A DNA stretch of 62,976 bases, filler included, from Octopus bimaculoides (GCF_001194135.2; 3 parts of 3 records of this genome joined end to end with filler, not necessarily neighbours in it), one strand, 5' to 3'. Positions 51,424-62,976 are shown, counted from the first letter of the whole stretch. The notes: generated from the sequence alone by a model not told the origin. A program made the numbers and translations.

Positions 51424-53496
51424 TTATTTCATGAAATTTGCCATTTGGGCATTACAAAGATTAGCAGAAGCTAGGGATGGACAGAAACATTAATGACAAA
51501 ATGAGGATGACATAGATGAAAAATGAGAGGGGCACCGACGCCCACCGATCGGTAACCCCTCGAAAACCTTTGTTCACTATGGTTACAATTAATTTACAAT
51601 CACTAATCAATTTACAATCAATAATTCTCCATCAGCATCTCTGATGCTGCCATCAGGCAAGAGTCCATGTTGTAATCCACTTCGTTAGTAAAGTATAAAT
51701 AACTCATTTCATTGCAGGTGGCCTTGACCATGCTAATGGTAGTACGGGTAACCACCTCAGCGGCCACCTGCGGGGGCCATCTTGCTGCTGATGTGCATGC
51801 AGAAAAAGATTCAGGAGCCTTTCAACTTCCCTCCCCCTGATGTACAGGAGGATAATTTCCTCCTCAGAGGAGGAGGAGTCTTCTGACAGCGGCACCGTTC
51901 CCGCTGGCAGCTTCTCTTTCTCCGGAGGTGTCGCGGGTTCGGTTGGCGGCACAGTACTTTCCACCGACCGTCTCCCGTTTTTTTCTTTTTTCTGTTTTTT
52001 CTTCCTTTCTTCTGCAGGAGCTGGGGCCCCCATCGGCACACCCGAGTGACCCTCCTCTTCTCCCGCAGACTGTACTTTTACTGGTGAGCACCTTCCTTTT
52101 TCTTTTCGTGGAGGCGGAAGCCTCCACGACCCTCTCCATCTCTCCCAATGGGAGGGGAGCAGCGGGCACATTTTCCGTCACCTTCTCCGAAATTTTCCCA
52201 CGGCCCCAGGGGCAGTCCTTCCTAATGTGACCTGACTCCAGGCACTAGTGACACTTAGGAGGACGACCCTCAAGTATCAGTGGATACCTACAGCCAGCCA
52301 TTTTTAGGAAGTGTGGGAATACGATTTCGCCTGCGGCCGATGGCGTCCATAGGGTCAAAATTGCTTTTGCCCCTTCCCAATCAACAGCAGGCGTCATCCT
52401 CACATTTAAGAGCCTGGGCCCGCTATCTCCTAGGCCCTGCCGGATGGTATCACCGATCCATTCCGCTTCTGTACCTGGAGGTAGCCCACACACCCAGGCT
52501 CTTATCACCCTCCTCCCACAATAAATGGGGAGAAATAAAATTTCTTGCCCCTCAAGAGGCCTGCCTGCAAATTTGCCAGCTTCCTCGGGAGTACCAAACA
52601 GCAACCATACCGTTGCATATTTGGTCCCCCAAGAAATAAATTTTATAGTTGGCAGGTAGTCTGCTAACTCTTCTTCTATCACATTCTTGTCGAAGAGGGT
52701 GATGGCACCACGCGACCTGGAAAAGGTCCGTAGTACCACCGTCCTCTTCTCAAGATCTTTAATCCAATGTTTGGGTGGGACCACCTCCCACTCCAAAGCA
52801 GCGGTACTGTTTACTTTTGCCATGTACAAAAAGAAATAAGTCTTAAAAGTTCAAAGAAAGATCAAAGAAAAAAAGTCCAAAAGAAAAAAAATACACAAAC
52901 AGTTAACAGATCAGTAAAAAAAAAAATAAGACAAAGAAGTCCAAAAAATAAATAAACAGTTAAAAAAGAAAGAAAAATCAGGAAGGTAGACGGAGAAGTC
53001 CAAAGAAGTCCAAAAAATAAATAAACAGTTCAAAAAGAAAGAAAAAATCAGGAAGGTAGACGGAGAAAGAAAAACACAGCAAAAAATCCAATTTCCTGGC
53101 CAACAGGTACTCCCGGCCGAATGTGAATAGGGCCCTTGGCGTGAATCTTTTTTTTTTTTTTTCGGTAATTGGTAAAATAAATCCAATAAATCCAAACACG
53201 AATACAGGCTACTGCCAACGGTAACTGCAACGGCAACTGTATCAGGTTCTATTCATTCGGGCGCGGATACGCCCCCTTTTTCGAAACGAATCCATAGAAT
53301 CCGCAATATACAAAAACAGCAGCCACCGAGAGTAGGAGAAATTGTCCCAGAGCTGTACGGAATTTATTAACAAAAATTACACTTTAATGACTTACGCATA
53401 GCTCAGATAAAACAAAATCACCGACCTTCTCTGTTTTTGTTCTTTTTTCTTTTCAATGTACGTAGCGCAACAAACTCACGTTCATTCTGGTTCACC
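51424..53496 (-). mobile_element. Gag/ORF1-only non-LTR-type element B (about 2.07 kb), no RT
   Basis: Exact 14 bp direct repeats GGAAGCAAGCTTCT at 51410-51423 and 53497-53510; AATAAA at the 3' end; 5' UTR of about 670 nt. Confidence 0.8.
51704..52829 (-). pseudogene. Element B gag/ORF1-like protein with a CCHC knuckle
   Basis: ORF 52245-52829 continues in frame through one stop: LEGRPPKCH*CLESGHIRKDCP. It then has a K/E/P-rich tail, probably via a frameshift into ORF 51704-52171. Confidence 0.8.
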
Positions 53497-53498
53497 GG

Positions 53499-53535
53499 AA
53501 GCAAGCTTCTCAACATACAGTCACTCTTGCGCCTA
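53499..53535 (-). mobile_element. SINE family A, displaced 5' head of the split copy
   Basis: aagcaagcttctcaacatacagtcactcttgcgccta aligns to the intact head aagcaa.cttcttaccacaca.ccactcctgcgcc (8946-8979; also 36590-36621). Confidence 0.85.
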
Positions 53536-56500
53536 TATTTTAAGATTACATATATATAACATACAATTTTAGTCTCGCTATGAACAGTAAACGAAGTGAT
53601 TACATAGCAGGTTTTTATTTTTGTATTAGCAGAACACATATATCTTAAATCTGAAATTACCACTTAAATGCTGTGTAATATAATTAATAATCGTATATTA
53701 GAGAAATAGGGGAAGGAAAAGCAAGAAGTAAAGTAAAGAAATGAGAAGAAATAGAGAGAGGGGAAATAGGAGAAAGGAAAAGGGAAAGTATGTGTGTCTG
53801 AGAAAGAGAGAGAGAGAGAGAGAAGAAGGTGAAACTAAAGGATAGAGATAAAATGAAAAATGGTCATAGCTCTCAGCCCCAAACTTAGACATCTGTATTT
53901 CTTCATCTTCGAGACTGTTTCCTATAAAATAATGGTTTTGTGGGATTATTCAGGACGGGATGTTTGTTATGAAAATGTACTGGAGATTTTATAATTCATT
54001 CCCCTTACGTTAAAAACTAAGCGTCTTAGCAGAAGCAAGATAGTATGAAAGAGGCCAAACTTCAGAAGTTCATTGCATTCAAATGTGGCCATTTTATTGG
54101 AGACGTCAATATGACTTACAATAAAAAGTTTAATATGACCCATTAAGAATCAATGGACTGGTCTTACCTCGGCAACACACTAGGCTACAATCATTGAATA
54201 AAGTTTTGTTTAAAAAAAGAAATAAAATATTTTGCTGAACATACAAGATAAATCTGGAATGAAAATATTCTCACACGTTGACTGATACATCTAAAATAAT
54301 AGGTTCTTTTGTTACAAGTTTTCTTTCAACCCTGCTGGATACAGGTGAATATTTTAGAATATTTTAACACAAAACACGAGGTCATGAGATTTTAAAAAAT
54401 ACCGTCTGCATAGGAAATGAGTCAAGCATGTGGATTAAAAGGTAAACATATATACTTTGAATACATTTTTATAAATTCTTGTTGGTTTTCAGGTGGGATC
54501 AAGGTGAAGTCATAAAACTGGCAGATTTCACTGTTTAAGCTCAAAACTTTATATTCATAATCACCAGTCGATTTTGGTATACATTTCCTTCCAACAATCG
54601 TAATATTTCAGGTCCTTAACATATGTTCAGAACTGTGAAGTACTAAGTCAATTTTGTGGGCATGAATATTGAAGTGCGCACAAAATTGATTGAATCATAT
54701 GGAAACAAAGCACACGAGTTACATTTAAAACATGGCTACAATCGAAAATTTTTACGAGGTGCATTAAAAAGTTCCTGAGGTTTATTCGTAATATTGTACT
54801 GAGATAAACATCAGAGATGCTTTATTCCACGCAAAACCTTCAGCGTCTACTCAGAGGTATGTTGCAATGCTGGAAACCCATCCGTATTGTCAGCAGGCAC
54901 CTCAGGGTCACAAGATTATCGCCCCTTAACCTGAGTGGTGCAGCGACAACTGAGCTTGTTTTCACCAACCAAAGGGTTCCACTCTTATCGACCATTTTGA
55001 GCTAATTTCAGCTACGGTGTCTATTTCCTGGGTGGCTTTCTTCAGCAGTCTGGGTTCCAGACCTATCTTCTGCAGGAAATAGCGCAATGATATAAGATGG
55101 AGTCACGGCAGTCGATTTCAATGCGGAATGTAGTCAGATGCTAGCCCTTAACATGCGGCCTCATATGTCAACAAATTGTTGTTTGGTATCCTTTGCAATA
55201 TACTATATATACTGTATTTTGAAATACAGAATAATTTCTTCTGTATATTTTGGAACACAGTATACACTATTTCGATTATCTCTCTTAAAACTTTGTCATA
55301 AGCGATGTATTTTGCTATGTAACTGAAGTTAATTATAGAACACGGTGTGTATTATTTTTATTTTATTTTATCCTAAATATGAAAAATTTATTCACTACTG
55401 GCTGGGATGACTATTACTCAGGTGGAATAAGCTGGGAATGATAATTCTGCAGCTGAAGTAGGCTGAGGTGACAATTCTTCAGGTGGCCATTTTGGGATGA
55501 CAACCTTTCAGGCGATCCAAGATCAAATTCGCTTCTCACTGCATGTCTCCATTTAATGTTAATAATTTCACTTTCAGATTTTTTTCCCTTCTTTCATGAG
55601 TTGAGAAGAATTATTATTACCACTAATGACTTTTCTCTTCATTATCAGCGTAATTTCAAGTGATAAAATGTCTATGTTAGCACACATTTAACTTTACGTT
55701 TTTCATACAGAAAGTGTCCTTGAGAAATTTTCTTGTTATGTATAGTACATTGTCTTGGAAAAAGGTACAAAGCAAATGAAAGACGGAAGTTTAAGTGGAT
55801 AAAGTATAGAGTTTTGTGAATTGGATAGTATATTAACGCTAGTAGCAATAAAAATAAGTGATAGAAGCGTTAGCAACAATAGGATCCGAAAAAACTACAG
55901 ATGGCCGACATTGACAGAGAGAATAAACATTTGTTGTGAGGAAGTAGTAAGGTCTAACGTTTCGACCAGAAAATTAGTCGGATAGACAAGTTAAGTTTTC
56001 TGTAGATACATAAATAAATTGGGAGTAAATATAGAATATAATTGACAATGATTAAGATATCGAAAGAGTAAGAGCTTATCTGTCTCACCAAAAACTTGAA
56101 TGCCGTCTATTATGTGTGCAATAGTGGTGAGTGCATCATCTTAGATGTAAACAGTTGGTTATGAAGAGGAAATCCAATAACTTTAGAGCTAGTTTTATTT
56201 TGTCAAGAAGAGTATACAACTTCTATTACGAATCGTTTTATGATTTTAGGCCAACAGCCTGTATGAAAGAGTAATAATTTCAGTTATTTTTTTTAATACG
56301 CACAGACACAAAACCTAATGTTGGTCTCCTGCGGTTTATGGTATTTGGTACAGTTGAATATGAATTGTTATTAGAGCTAGGTAAAAAAGTTATTGCTGCG
56401 GTAGTTTAACCCCAGGCATATGATAAAGGGCATTCTTGCTGTATCCATCCCCTCTTTTTTTTTTTTCAAATAGGTTTACATTATCAAAAGTGAACTTTCT

Positions 56501-57492
56501 TTTTTTAAAGACAGTAGAGTGTCACTTGAGAGACATTTGGCTGCTATTTCAAACGAATATCTTAATTGCAAAAATAAAGCGAAACTTAGGAATGACCAAC
56601 TAATATCACATTTTCTTGTAATCTAAGTATGCATCTGCAACAAGGAAGCATAACAAATTACTTACTTACGTTACAACCGTCCTAACTGCATTATATCTCC
56701 ACCCCTCGGACAAACCAATGCACAAGGACACTTATTTATTTTTTTATTGACAGCATATCACAAAACACAGATTAGCACAGGATCCCTCGATTCGTGCCAC
56801 GCCAGAAACAACTGTTTAACATGTCTACGCCTTAAGACGGCACTGCCTTACATTTATCAACAGAGAAGAATTAGACAACGAAAGAAATTATTTTAATATC
56901 TCATGGCGATATCAGACACGCTAAAACAATATATGGAGAAAGAAAGAAATTATCTGTTTATGCCGTTCCCATTATTATATTTTGTATAGTTGAAATTAAG
57001 ATTTAAAATAGCACCAAGCATCACTAAAAGGAGTGAAGATAACGGACCACACCGAATTACACTAATAGAGGGGGTGAAAACACCAAAATGATTGTTAATA
57101 AAATTGACGTGCAGTGCTTATAATAAAAAATAATTTATTATATCTTATACTTTATATATAATAACTATTATTTGCGTATTTGCTCTAACATGTCTAGGTA
57201 GGTTCAGACGCAAATATGCTGTTCGCTGTGGTGTACGTCATTGGAGAATAATTTCTCGTATGACGTACGCTCTTTTAACGACGTCAGTGTGCATTCTAGG
57301 ATACGACGACAGTGTGCATACGACGACAGTCTGCATTCTAGGATCCCATTGTTTCGATATGTGTCTCATCAGCCAGAAGTAGCCTAAACTCTGAACCTAA
57401 CGATTAAAAAAAAATATATATGTAACATTCTATATATNNNNNNNNNNNNNNNNNNNNNNNNNNNNNNNNNNNNNNNNNNNNNNNNNTATATG

Positions 57493-57531
<39 letters not shown>

Positions 57532-57559
57532 GTATGTATGTATATATAATATTATATAT

Positions 57560-57600
57560 AACTAGCAGAGATACCCGGCGTTGCTCGGAATTAAAATCGT
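57560..57600 (+). mobile_element. Possible Helitron/Helentron-type short element terminus
   Basis: actagcagagatacccggcgttgctcgg resembles recalled ACTAG..ACCCG.CG rolling-circle element starts; no other end was found. Confidence 0.35.
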
Positions 57601-58209
57601 ATAGTTTGTATATATATATATTACAGTTATGTTGAAACAGGTAATACGGGAAAGTGCAGCATTGACAATAAAAAATTTGTGGAGTAAATGATGCTCCAAT
57701 TCGACTAAGCAACATATAATTCGTCCGTTTAGAGGATTCTATGTCTTATACTATCATGGGAAATTGGGAGTGGGGAGAGGTTATATAATTTCTGAACCCA
57801 CCGAAAAGTTGTCAGTGGATATACTCGGCTTTTACTGTCAGTGCTGCGTCTAACACGGCCTATCATATGGTTGACAATCAAGTGAATGGAGGTGTTGTAT
57901 GTAAATGGGTACATTCCAGAAATGGACTGCAATAGGAGACGGCAACAGAGAAGTGAACTGTTGAAATGTTGCAGAAGGTGAAGGGTTGACATTGGATTGC
58001 TGGTGTGGCTGTAGAATAAGAAACATAAAGTGAGCCTATGCAGTCACGCAAGAATATGTAACAATGAATTACTTGAAAAAATAAGGCATAATGACTTACC
58101 ACGTGGTATGTATATAATATGTCTATTTTTTATGCAGTGCAAATTAATGAAATATAAGCAAATGATACATTCACGCATGTCAGTTATCACATATGTATAT
58201 GTATGCGTA

Positions 58210-58267
<58 letters not shown>

Positions 58268-58270
<3 letters not shown>

Positions 58271-58708
58271 AATAACATACCGTTACATATGTGTATGTAT
58301 GTGTAGATGTGTGTATGTTTAATAACGTACCTAACGCGGAAAGAACACACTGAGACATACACACTCATACACTTACACTCACAGATACACAGTCATATAC
58401 AAAATGTGATATCGTTGTCGTTGTGGTATAAAATGTCCTGTTGACAGTAGAAAGATTATCTCTATGAAATATTATATCGTTTTAATCGAAATGAAAATAA
58501 TGGAAATGAAAATAAAATTTCGTATTGACACTGACCATCCCTCATATAGATATAGTATGTTTAATGACGTACCTAACGTAGAAAAAATACATACAGTGAG
58601 ACATATACACACTCATACCCTCACACGCATACATTCACAGACAGATACACAGTCATATACAAAATGTGACGTCGTCGTCAGTCGTCACATATGTATATGT
58701 ATGTATTG

Positions 58709-58744
<36 letters not shown>

Positions 58745-59070
58745 AATAACGTACCGTTACATATGTATATGTATGTGTAGATGTATGTTTAATAACGTAC
58801 CTAACGCGGAAAGACACACACACGATGAGATATATACACATTCATACACTTACACACATACACTCACAGACAAATACACAGTCATATACAAAATGTGATG
58901 TTGTTGTCGTTGTGGTATAAAATGTCCTGTTGACAATAGAAAGATTGTTTTAATTGAAATGAAAATAAAATTTCGCATTGACACTTACCAACCCTCACAT
59001 ATATATGTTTAATAACGTACCTAACGCGTAAAGACACACTCACTGTGAGACATATACACACTCATACACT
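58268..59070. repeat. Hierarchical tandem duplication (unit of about 474 bp containing subunits of about 230-250 bp)
   Basis: 58268-58740 recurs from 58742. The sub-motif tttaat.acgtacctaacg..gaga.ata.acac.tcatac occurs four times. Confidence 0.9.
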
Positions 59071-59079
59071 TAGAATATA

Positions 59080-59161
59080 AAAGAGTCAGAACAGAACAGA
59101 ACAAAGAGTCAGAACAGAACAGAACAAAGAGTCAGAACAGAACAGAACAAAGAGTCAGAAC
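59080..59161. repeat. 23 bp minisatellite (aaagagtcagaacagaacagaac) x3.5
   Basis: Directly visible. Confidence 0.95.
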
Positions 59162-60331
59162 ATTTATTAAGACACTATCGACTCTGCCAGTTTCCGCCTA
59201 AGCAGTGCGCGTGTTTTTATTGGAATAATTACCTTCTCAAATTATAGTAAAATTACATGGTTAATAAAAAGCTATATATAAAATGTAGACTTAATCCATA
59301 TGTGTCTTATGCAACAATAAAATTTAACATTAAAGACAAAAATTTAAAACTTATTCGTCAACGTATTTACTTCAAAGTATAATGCTTTCTAACTAAATTT
59401 TACTTGATATGTAAATGCACATTCATTTATATTTTGGATGTGATCTTTTACTTTTAATGTGTCATTTTAATTTTGCTAGTTGTTTATGTCACTATTAGTG
59501 CTATTTTATTTAGTAATATGTGGGAGTTACAATTTTCGATCACTACAGTTTCCCTAAGGCCTAGTTCGAGTAGAGCATGGCAATATTTTGTGAGACATGG
59601 GTAACTTTAGAATGGTGTGTAAATAAGTGATTAACTGTAATTAAAACTTCTTTTCTGAATATATATCTTCTATATACTAACCTTATCAGTGGGGTGCATG
59701 CTGTTTTGGAAAATCGAAGAGAAGCGTGGGGCAAAAACGGTTGAGAAGCACTGGACTTGTATTAGAGGAAACTAATGGTTAGTATTAACACCATATGTTA
59801 CAGTACTGACACCAATTTTTCTGAGGCCATTAAGGAACAATATAAATGCAAAAAGACGATATCTGTCAGTTAAGATTACACATACTTTAGACATACTTTT
59901 GGGAAAACTTGTGAAGATCTTTATTTAAAGCAAATATATAATGATCATAGGAAATATGTGTCAATTACTTTTGTATTGGAATATATTTTTAGCCTTCCAA
60001 AACTAGCTGATTGAGAACCTATACAAGCTTAATACGCGAAGTATTATAATTTTGAATTAGTAGGCTCGTTCAATTAAAATAGTAAATCTATACAGTAACT
60101 CTGAATTAATCGTTCAAAATTATTTCTGTATAATAATGTATTTTATAAATATTCCCTGACAGCTATATTTAGTTGAATGGTTCCCACGATATGATCACTT
60201 TTCCCCAGAAAAATTACATAACAACAGAATTAAATATGTGTTCACAATTAATTTGTAAATTAATTACGTGAAATAGCCTCATGAAAGAACTAGAAAAGCA
60301 TTAACTATAAATATTATAAAAATGATTATAA

Positions 60332-60509
60332 TTTCAAATTTTGGTACAAGGCTAGCAAGTTCGGGAGAATGGGTAAGTCGATTACATCAACCCTAGTGCG
60401 CAACTGGTACTTATTTTATCGACCCCGAAAGGCAAAGTCGACCTCGGTGGAATTTGAACTCAGAACACAAAGACAGACGAAATGCCGTTAAGCATTTTAC
60501 CTGGCGTGC

Positions 60510-60511
<2 letters not shown>
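60332..60511 (-). mobile_element. SINE family B with a truncated head
   Basis: Reverse complement of family B from tagcacgcc to aaaatttgaaa. Confidence 0.85.
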
Positions 60512-60556
<45 letters not shown>

Positions 60557-60695
60557 TTCGTCCGTCTTTGTTGACGATGACCAAGGGACAACACATGGGG
60601 GAGAAGAAAATAGTTCACGGTGTGTCAGGCTGTGGGTGATCAAGCTGATGCATGCTCGAAATGTTCTGCCGCAGGTCGGGCACTGGCGGTCTGCT
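60512..60695 (-). mobile_element. RTE-clade LINE 3' end with (TAT)n tail
   Basis: The minus strand reads CPTCGRTFRACISLITHSLTH (the RTE-type C-terminal C2H2-like motif), then a short UTR and (tat)n. Confidence 0.8.
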
Positions 60696-61110
60696 GGGAA
60701 TGAAAGGTAAAGAGTTGGATCTGGACTTACGTAGCTCACGTTTTCTTTGTGGCTTTTATTTTGGTGCACTTATGTTGGTGCAGCTACGCCAGGCAGGGCG
60801 GTCATGTGCTATAAATATTAATAAATTAATGGTTATATATTTTGTAGTAAATGTATGTAAATAGATTCGAGGAAACCAGTGGTGGCCTGTGTCGGCAGAA
60901 ACTATTTAATTAAGTTCGTATATCTTGAAGAAAAATATGTGTTGACAATAGGTTAACGACCAGAATGACAATGTGAAGTTGGGTGTAACAATACTAATGT
61001 GTTAAACAGAAACTGATAGCCATGCTAGATAGGGGTGGTGTAGAGAGGATGAATAAGGTGGCGGTTATAGAGTTGTTTGTGAGTATATGTACATGTATAT
61101 AAACAAACGT

Positions 61111-61492
61111 GGAGGCGCAATGGCCCAGTGGTTAGGGCAGCGGACTTGCGGTCATAGGATCGCGGTTTCGATTCCCAGACCGGGCGTTGTGAGTGTTTAT
61201 TGAGCGAAAAATCACCTAAAGCTCCACGAGGCTCCGGCAGGGGATGGTGGCGAACCCTGCTGTACTCTTTCACCACAACTTTCTCTCATTCTTACTTCCT
61301 GTTTCTGTCGTACCTGTAATTCAAAGGGTCAGCCTTGTCACACTGTGTCACGCTGAATATCCCCGAGAACTACGTTAAGGGTACACGTGTCTGTGGAGTG
61401 CTCAGCCACTTGCACGTTAATTTCACGAACAGGCTGTTCCGTTGATCGGATCAACTGGAACTCTCGACGTCGTAAGCGACGGAGTGCCAACA
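61111..61492 (+). mobile_element. SINE family C, full length (tRNA-derived)
   Basis: A box tggcccagtgg, B box ggtttcgattccc, long unique body, and (aac) tail. Confidence 0.85.
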
Positions 61493-62976
61493 ACATCATA
61501 TAAACAAACATACATACACAACACATTAATACAACGGGAAAGTGGGAAATATCTTTTATGTTGTTGATGTTGCTTAACCCCAGATTAGTCTTGATAAACA
61601 GACCTATGATCAAAGGCAATTCTGGTCGTGACCTTTCTGTCTTTTCTGCATATCAAGGACCACTTCATTGTTCAACATTTCCGTGTCTCTCTATTTAGGT
61701 AATATGGTTATGATCCAAAAGAGACTTGGCTACCATCAGCAATGGGTCGGGTAGTTACACTCTTATTGTTGTTTAGCCTTCATTTAGCTCTGATTAAAAG
61801 CATTCCAAGCACGATCACCTTGCGTTCCCTGTATATCAGGAACTATTACATTACTGTGTATTTCTTGTTGGCTCGTTTCTTTACAATTTTTCTAAATATT
61901 GTTTCGATAATAGATTAAAGGTGATGCGTAGATGCAAAAGTGGGATCAGAGCCCGTTAAGAAAATCAATACGCTAGGGTGCCTACATACACAACGACAAC
62001 ATACATAGATGGGTCCTCTAGATTAGTGGCTCTTCCCCAGGTAACTGCCCTATATGTCACGCTCCAAGACAACACTAGGTGAGATGTGTATGAGTATATA
62101 TTTTGTAAAAGTTGAAATAGCGCTGCATTTGAAGAAAGTGTAAGGGAGGGATATGCAAAGCTGGAGGGGTAACCGATTGGAAACGGTATTTGCTTATCGG
62201 ATATCAATAGGGTAAGGATAAGACTGGTAAAGGATTGTAGTAGGTAGGAAGAGTAAAACATTACTGTTGTGCAACCCCAGATCAACACTGAATTGATCAA
62301 TGCATTCTACTCATGATCTTTCGTACCTTTTAGTGTATCTAAAATTTCACGATATAATGTATGATTCCAATTTTAAGACAGTGGTATAAGGAGTAATGTG
62401 AAGGAGATTTGACTGCCATTTCTAGCAGGTCGAGCGACTCTGCATATAATAACTATTTGACCTTAAAGGCGAAATGTAGATTTAAAGAATGGGGATTTTG
62501 TCAATATGCGCATACGCATATCAATCCGAACTCTTACGAAAGTGAAAAGGCAAGAGGAGCGCAAAAACTGTCAGATAAATAATTGAAGTAGGCTAATGAT
62601 ATGGATTTAGATCATTCAGAGAGGTGATGGTGTACTGAATGTTTCCTCGCCAGACGTGCTATCTGCTGGAATTCCCTCCCCGAACATACTTCTCCGGTGT
62701 AGTCATCGATGTGGAACCACAAAAAGGTTTATCTATTGTCACTGTATTGCCAATTTATTCGGATGACCTGAAATGACAAACGTGAAAGGTAGCTTACAAA
62801 TATATTCGCTTAGAAGCGTCTGTTTATTTATCCTAAATTGAACTTAAATATCAGAGGAACCAGACGGTGAGCTACGTTTGCGAAATTAAAGTCATGTAGG
62901 GCTAGGGCATTCTGTTAATAAACGTTTTTAACTTTATCATGCGTTGAATGATATTTTCATTTGTTTCTTCATATAT

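Noticed and set aside
58268-59161. CRISPR-like repeat/spacer array
   Set aside because: Eukaryotic context, units are contiguous or irregular, there are no unique equal-length spacers and no cas genes.
61111-61190. Functional tRNA genes at SINE heads
   Set aside because: No complete cloverleaf or acceptor stem; the heads continue into multicopy SINE bodies.
61965-62300. 111 aa minus-strand ORF
   Set aside because: Non-ATG start, no recognisable motif; compatible with a chance ORF.

Overview
Repeat-saturated, AT-rich animal genomic DNA, most likely an Octopus-type cephalopod. This is inferred from the SINE families and the density of CA/TA/trinucleotide microsatellites. The draft assembly has many N gaps. 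I find no confidently supportable host protein-coding gene, and almost all listed ORFs are microsatellite or gap artefacts. The window holds three tRNA-derived SINE families and decayed non-LTR retrotransposons (R4/Dong-like, HERO-like, RTE-like, Penelope-like). It also holds Tc1/mariner and hAT MITEs and remnants, and several fold-back structures. The standout is 49555-53535, where one SINE copy is split near its 5' end by two divergent, head-to-tail, gag/ORF1-only elements (about 1.5 and 2.1 kb, no RT). Each element is bounded by the same 9-14 bp repeat (GGAAGCAAGCTTCT), which matches the SINE head sequence. This suggests a non-autonomous 'half-LINE' system that inserts sequence-specifically into a SINE head.
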